Below, piece after piece: positions 59,902-64,000 of a stretch of DNA of 64,000 nucleotides (positions within the stretch are counted from its first letter, which is position 1; each line of letters opens with the position of its first letter). Origin of the DNA: an uncultured Poribacteria bacterium. Its GTDB lineage: Bacteria; Poribacteria; WGA-4E; WGA-3G. A program made the position numbers and the translations under genes. The notes under the pieces were generated by a model. That model was given only the letters and a program-made list of their open reading frames with translations. It did no database searches and was not told where the DNA came from. Location of the stretch: positions 704,001 through 768,000 of the forward strand of contig OX638351.1 in assembly GCA_951813565.1 (NCBI GenBank), read 5' to 3'.

Positions 59902-60255
59902 ATGGTTTTTATTGTCTTCTTGTGGATAGTTATTCTTGGAATTATGGTTTTGGTGTATGTCACCTTCCCACTTTTTGGTAGATCAGGTATATTCCCAGAA
60001 GCTGATCCTACAGAAGCACGCATGCAAACCCTCTCTCTTGAACGCGAACAGAGTTATTCTGCTTTAGTTGATCTTGATGAAGATTATGAATCGGGTAAAC
60101 TTTCAGAAAATGATTATAAGGAATTACGGGATGCTCTTTTGCAAGAAACAGCTGATATTGTTAGCCAGCTTGAAGCTGATAGCCAGCTTGAAACTGCTGC
60201 GAAAACAGATGTTGAAGCTGAGATTGAAAGGTATAAACAGCAGAAAAGCGGATAA
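59902..60255 (+). CDS. CcmI N-terminal-like membrane protein
   Basis: TM, then L.DL.EDY..GKLSE.DY..LR. Confidence 0.6.
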   Translation: MVFIVFLWIVILGIMVLVYVTFPLFGRSGIFPEADPTEARMQTLSLEREQSYSALVDLDEDYESGKLSENDYKELRDALLQETADIVSQLEADSQLETAAKTDVEAEIERYKQQKSG

Positions 60256-61580
60256 TGAAAATACAGAATAGTATGTTTTTTATTAAAAGGAGTTGCAGCA
60301 TCTTAAGCCGTGCAAAAACCGTTAGGTCCCTTAGAAAGTTATTGGTAGTAGCACTTGCATTTCTGTTATGGGTTCCGGTTACGCATTCCCAAAATGAGGT
60401 CGGTGACATTCACGGTAAATTGACCGACAGTAAGCAGAACGAACCTATTGCTAATCATCCTGTTATTCTCAATATCCATAAAGCGGGAGACGTTACACAA
60501 CAAGAAACGACAACTGATGAAAACGGCACCTACCGTTTTGAGAATCTGCCAATTGATTTTGAGACACACTATTCACTCTCTACAACCTATGATGGTGTTG
60601 AACATACAGAGAAGGATTTGGTACTATCTTCACTTGTGCCAAACCTTCTTGTTGACCTTAATGTCGGTGAAGTAACGGATAAGGTGACAGATGACTCATC
60701 ACAGATTCGGGTAAAATCGTATACTATTCTGATTGGGTTAGCGCCTGAACAGCACGCAAAAGAAGGGGCAGTGGCAGTCAATGAGTTTCTGAATGTAGAA
60801 AACTTGAATATCTCTCCATTCCAAATTATACGCGAAAAAGAAGCAGTTGGGTTTAGTTTTGATCTGCCTGAAAGGTCAAAGGAATTCCAACCGCGTAATC
60901 CGAAATCCCTAAAACGTAGTGCTACCGGCAATTATATCGTCCTTGATGAGCCGTTACCTCACGGTGCAACTGTAATATGGTACGACTACCTCTTTCATGC
61001 TAATACCCCCCAAAATGCCAGTAGCCTTGAACTTGATTTATCCCGACGAATGCAATTTCGCACGGACGAAATTTCTATCCTTGTCCAAGATGGTATCAAC
61101 TTAACTCCACATTCAAAATATTTTAAGCAGACTAAATCTGAAGCGATTAACAATGTGGTTTACAAAGCTTACGCAGCAGTTCGAGGGGTAGGGTTCTCAG
61201 AAGGTGAAATAGTGGACTTGAAACTGGGAGTACCTAAGCCACAATCCAATATCGGTCAAATGGTGTTTATAGCCTGTGCTGCAGCTTTGGCTGGTGGGTT
61301 TCTTGTCGCAGCGATTTTCATGCTACGCGGCGCACAACGCGTTTCCGAAGAATCTGATGATGGGCAGTCTGTGTCAACGGACGCAGGCTGGCTTCGTAAA
61401 CTTAGCGATGTTGACCTTGAGCATGCACGTGCCACCAGACTTGAATTTATAACGAGACTTGATGAAATGCACGAAGAACAGAATATTTCGGAACGGGTCT
61501 ACAACCGATTACGTAAGGAACAGACTGAGCGCCTCACAGAGATTCTTAACCAACGTCAAGAACGCGGATTAAACAACTAA
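60255..61580 (+). CDS. Carboxypeptidase-regulatory-like domain membrane protein of the ccm operon
   Basis: TTTDENGTYRFENL; C-terminal TM and LDE.H....ISE..Y..LR. Confidence 0.65.
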   Translation: MKIQNSMFFIKRSCSILSRAKTVRSLRKLLVVALAFLLWVPVTHSQNEVGDIHGKLTDSKQNEPIANHPVILNIHKAGDVTQQETTTDENGTYRFENLPIDFETHYSLSTTYDGVEHTEKDLVLSSLVPNLLVDLNVGEVTDKVTDDSSQIRVKSYTILIGLAPEQHAKEGAVAVNEFLNVENLNISPFQIIREKEAVGFSFDLPERSKEFQPRNPKSLKRSATGNYIVLDEPLPHGATVIWYDYLFHANTPQNASSLELDLSRRMQFRTDEISILVQDGINLTPHSKYFKQTKSEAINNVVYKAYAAVRGVGFSEGEIVDLKLGVPKPQSNIGQMVFIACAAALAGGFLVAAIFMLRGAQRVSEESDDGQSVSTDAGWLRKLSDVDLEHARATRLEFITRLDEMHEEQNISERVYNRLRKEQTERLTEILNQRQERGLNN

Positions 61581-61754
61581 CATTACTACAACTTATCTCA
61601 TAAACCACTTGTAGGGCGAGGTCCCTGTGCCTCGCCATGTCTTGAGGATGGAACATCGGGCGGGCACAGGGACCCGCCCCTACAATAGAAGTGAACTTCA
61701 GTGCGAACAATGAGTAAACTCAAAAATCGGATTTATGAGATACACTCTACTATT

Positions 61755-62035
61755 ATAACCTAAGTTTCTACGGACAAGATTTTAAGTTAGCAAACACTGC
61801 TTTTTACTGAAAAAACAAGGCTTTTTCGCTGATTCTTATGTTTTTTGTTCTAAATCGGTAGCAACTTGGGTTATTATAACCTAAGTTGCTACGGACAAGA
61901 TTTCAAGTTAGCAAATACTGCTTTTTACTGAAAAAACAAGGCTTTTTCGCTGATTCTGGATGTTTTTTGTTCTAAATCGGGGTTAGAAACCCCTCCTACA
62001 AGAGCATTTGCGAAATAGGTGGCAACTTGGGTTAT
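61755..62035. mobile_element. Two tandem MITE copies with ATAACCTAAGTTGCTAC / GTAGCAACTTGGGTTAT ends
   Basis: 61755-61874 and 61876-62035 are near-identical; the second carries an extra REP. Confidence 0.75.
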
Positions 62036-62189
62036 TATAGTGAAATCTAAAATTACTTTACAGTTCTTTATAGGTTTGATGTGTTTGTAGTCTTTTGTAG
62101 GAGCGACTTCCCGGTCGCGACTTTAAAAACTGTAGAACACTTTGTCCGTGCCGAGTGACAATGTCCAGTTAATTGTAAAATCCACTATA
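62036..62189. mobile_element. TATAGTG-ended MITE with a REP
   Basis: tatagtgaaatctaaaatta...taattgtaaaatccactata. Confidence 0.55.
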
Positions 62190-62243
62190 AGGCGTATTAA
62201 AAGGACAAACCATTTTTTAGGAATAGCAAAAGGATTTAATAGG

Positions 62244-62849
62244 ATGAGTGATGAACAACGTATTGCAGACTTAATTGAGGATTTAGAGGAATTGGATGAC
62301 GATATTCGTGATGCTGCGAAGGTTGAATTGATTGAAATCGGTGAACCGGCAATACCGCAGCTGATTGAAGCACTGGCACATAACCTTTCGGATGTAGCTG
62401 ACCAGGCAGCCGATGTCTTAGTAGCAATCGGTGAACCCGTAATACCTAATCTTGTTGATGAGATGGAGATTGCTGAAAAACACCATGCCCTTGCTATCGT
62501 CAGTGCACTTACCCGTATAGGTGAACCCGCAATACCGTTTTTGTTGGAAGTATTAACCCAAAAACCGAGCGAAGAGCTCCGAGAATACGCAGTTCGCGCA
62601 TTCAGTGGGATGGGGGTTACGGCAACAATTGCAATCCCTGCACTTATTCAATCTTTAGGCGATCCCGACGATGAGGTTCGGACTTATGCTGCTTATGCAC
62701 TTTCTAAAATGGGTGAAGCAGCAGCGGATGCAGTACCCGCTCTCATCAAGGCACTTGAAGATGATTCTGAGCGTGTTCAACATCATGTAGCTTTTGCATT
62801 GGATAAAATTGGAACTCCAGAAGCACAAGAAGCACTTAGAGCATTGTAG
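62244..62849 (+). CDS. HEAT/PBS-lyase repeat protein
   Basis: Repeated IGEPAIP.L, AIPALI..L.D, VR..AA.AL. Confidence 0.88.
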   Translation: MSDEQRIADLIEDLEELDDDIRDAAKVELIEIGEPAIPQLIEALAHNLSDVADQAADVLVAIGEPVIPNLVDEMEIAEKHHALAIVSALTRIGEPAIPFLLEVLTQKPSEELREYAVRAFSGMGVTATIAIPALIQSLGDPDDEVRTYAAYALSKMGEAAADAVPALIKALEDDSERVQHHVAFALDKIGTPEAQEALRAL

Positions 62850-62873
62850 TGTAACGCGAGTTCAATTATACCG

Positions 62874-63193
62874 TAACGTGAATTTGATAAATCCCGTAGG
62901 GAATCAACACCGAATGCGCCTATGGCATTCGGTGGGGTAGAACGAAAATGGGCAATAAAAAACAGCCTCTAAAAAGAGGTTGTTGACCCATTTGAGGTCT
63001 ACATTTCTGAAAAAATAAGTGAAACCCAACTCTTTAGGACTGTCAAGATGGTTGAATTGTTGGGTTTCGCTTCGCTCTACCCATAGGCGTCAATTTAAGG
63101 TATATCCAGCATTTTTTCTTAAGTTGACAGTTATGGGTTTCGCTTCGCTCTACCCAACCTATTATATTCAATTTAATTATCAAACTCACGTTA
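62874..63193. mobile_element. Inverted copy of the 22786-23030 MITE with a nested 54-bp IS4-like MITE (63082-63135)
   Basis: Alignment with the empty copy; perfect 19-bp TSD GGTTTCGCTTCGCTCTACC. Confidence 0.85.
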
Positions 63194-63528
63194 CCTGTAG
63201 TAAATCAAGCCTCATGTACTTATAGTTTTCGTCATATTAACGCCTTGTGCGTGGCACGCTGCAGGACACAGAGAACACTGCCCTACCATAGAAGTAAATA
63301 ATCGGGCTTGCAAAGCCCTCCTACAAGATATGGTGTGGTTAATGTCAAAAACTTTACATGTAGATTAAAATAAAACTTGAAAACTAATCTGTAAATATGG
63401 TATAATTAAAAAAAGAAGATTATTAGTATTGTTGACAAAGGAAATTTTACGAACCTCTTAAGAAGGCGCGAAATAATAAAATAATTAATAGATTGAGCAA
63501 ATTTGCTAACAATTAGAAAGGAGCCAAG

Positions 63529-64000
63529 ATGGCAAAGTACGATTTTGTAGTCGCCATAGGTGGGGCACCTGGACAAGGTATAGCTACAGCAGGCAAGAAC
63601 TTAAGTCAATTTTGTGCTCGGCACGGACTTCATGTTTTCGCTTATAGCGCTTACCAATCCCTCATCCGTGGCGGTCATACCTTCCTTACCATCCGAATTA
63701 GTTCGGAGCCAGTTGCAAACCACGGTGACCAGATCGACCTGATCATTGCCCTTGATAAAAACAGTTTAGAAAAACACATACCGCATGTCAGACCCGGCGG
63801 GGCAATTGTCTATAACAGTGATGATGTAAAAAAACAGGCACCGGAACGGGACGATATCCAGTTGTGTTCTATTCCTTATAAAGAGTTTTCCAAGGAAATT
63901 AAAGATAGAAAGACACAAAAAGCAGCTCTGAATACATGTTTGCTTGGTGGTGCTCTACGACTCGTGGGTGCAGATTTAAAACCGCTTGAAGAGATTCTCA
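63529..64000 (+). CDS. 2-oxoacid:ferredoxin oxidoreductase alpha subunit (5' part)
   Basis: MAKYDFVVAIGGAPGQGIATAG...YQSLIRGGH; AAGGAG RBS; runs off the window end. Confidence 0.85.
   Translation, partial: MAKYDFVVAIGGAPGQGIATAGKNLSQFCARHGLHVFAYSAYQSLIRGGHTFLTIRISSEPVANHGDQIDLIIALDKNSLEKHIPHVRPGGAIVYNSDDVKKQAPERDDIQLCSIPYKEFSKEIKDRKTQKAALNTCLLGGALRLVGADLKPLEEIL

Noticed and set aside
61755..62035. Retron or DGR-type repeat pair
   Set aside because: No reverse transcriptase and no adenine-specific variation; terminal IRs indicate tandem MITEs.

Overview
Bacterial chromosomal window of moderate to low GC, most likely Candidatus Poribacteria. This is inferred from a YWTD/dockerin/FlgD-type secreted protein, a C-terminal V-x-P-x-x-K-x4-W-x-x-I-K motif, and many Gfo/Idh/MocA, sulfatase and PhyH genes. 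Housekeeping content includes lptFG-like, purD, ilvBN-ilvC under a T-box, sodA, tilS-hpt, argG, a CxxxY-type ccm operon and three tRNAs. There are two full IS elements: an IS50-like IS4 at 13339-15017 and an ISKra4/ISLre2-like element at 31134-32592. The best candidate novel system is an accessory cassette at 10862-18080: tandem-sigma4 ECF factor, secreted Trp/Cys-rich small protein, two single-pass proteins, an STT3/AglB-like transferase with NWSYG in place of WWDYG (split cleanly by the IS4), and a methyltransferase. Intergenic DNA holds nested non-autonomous elements: GTAG-type REPs, several MITE families, MITEs that make 19-20 bp target duplications inside REP hairpins, and ~33-35 bp CAAATCAAC+hairpin micro-elements that insert without duplication and build arrays. 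Unusual domain fusions are a RelA zinc-finger joined to a DUF2250-like wHTH and a PorV-like barrel joined to a lytic transglycosylase. All calls are by eye; no searches were run.
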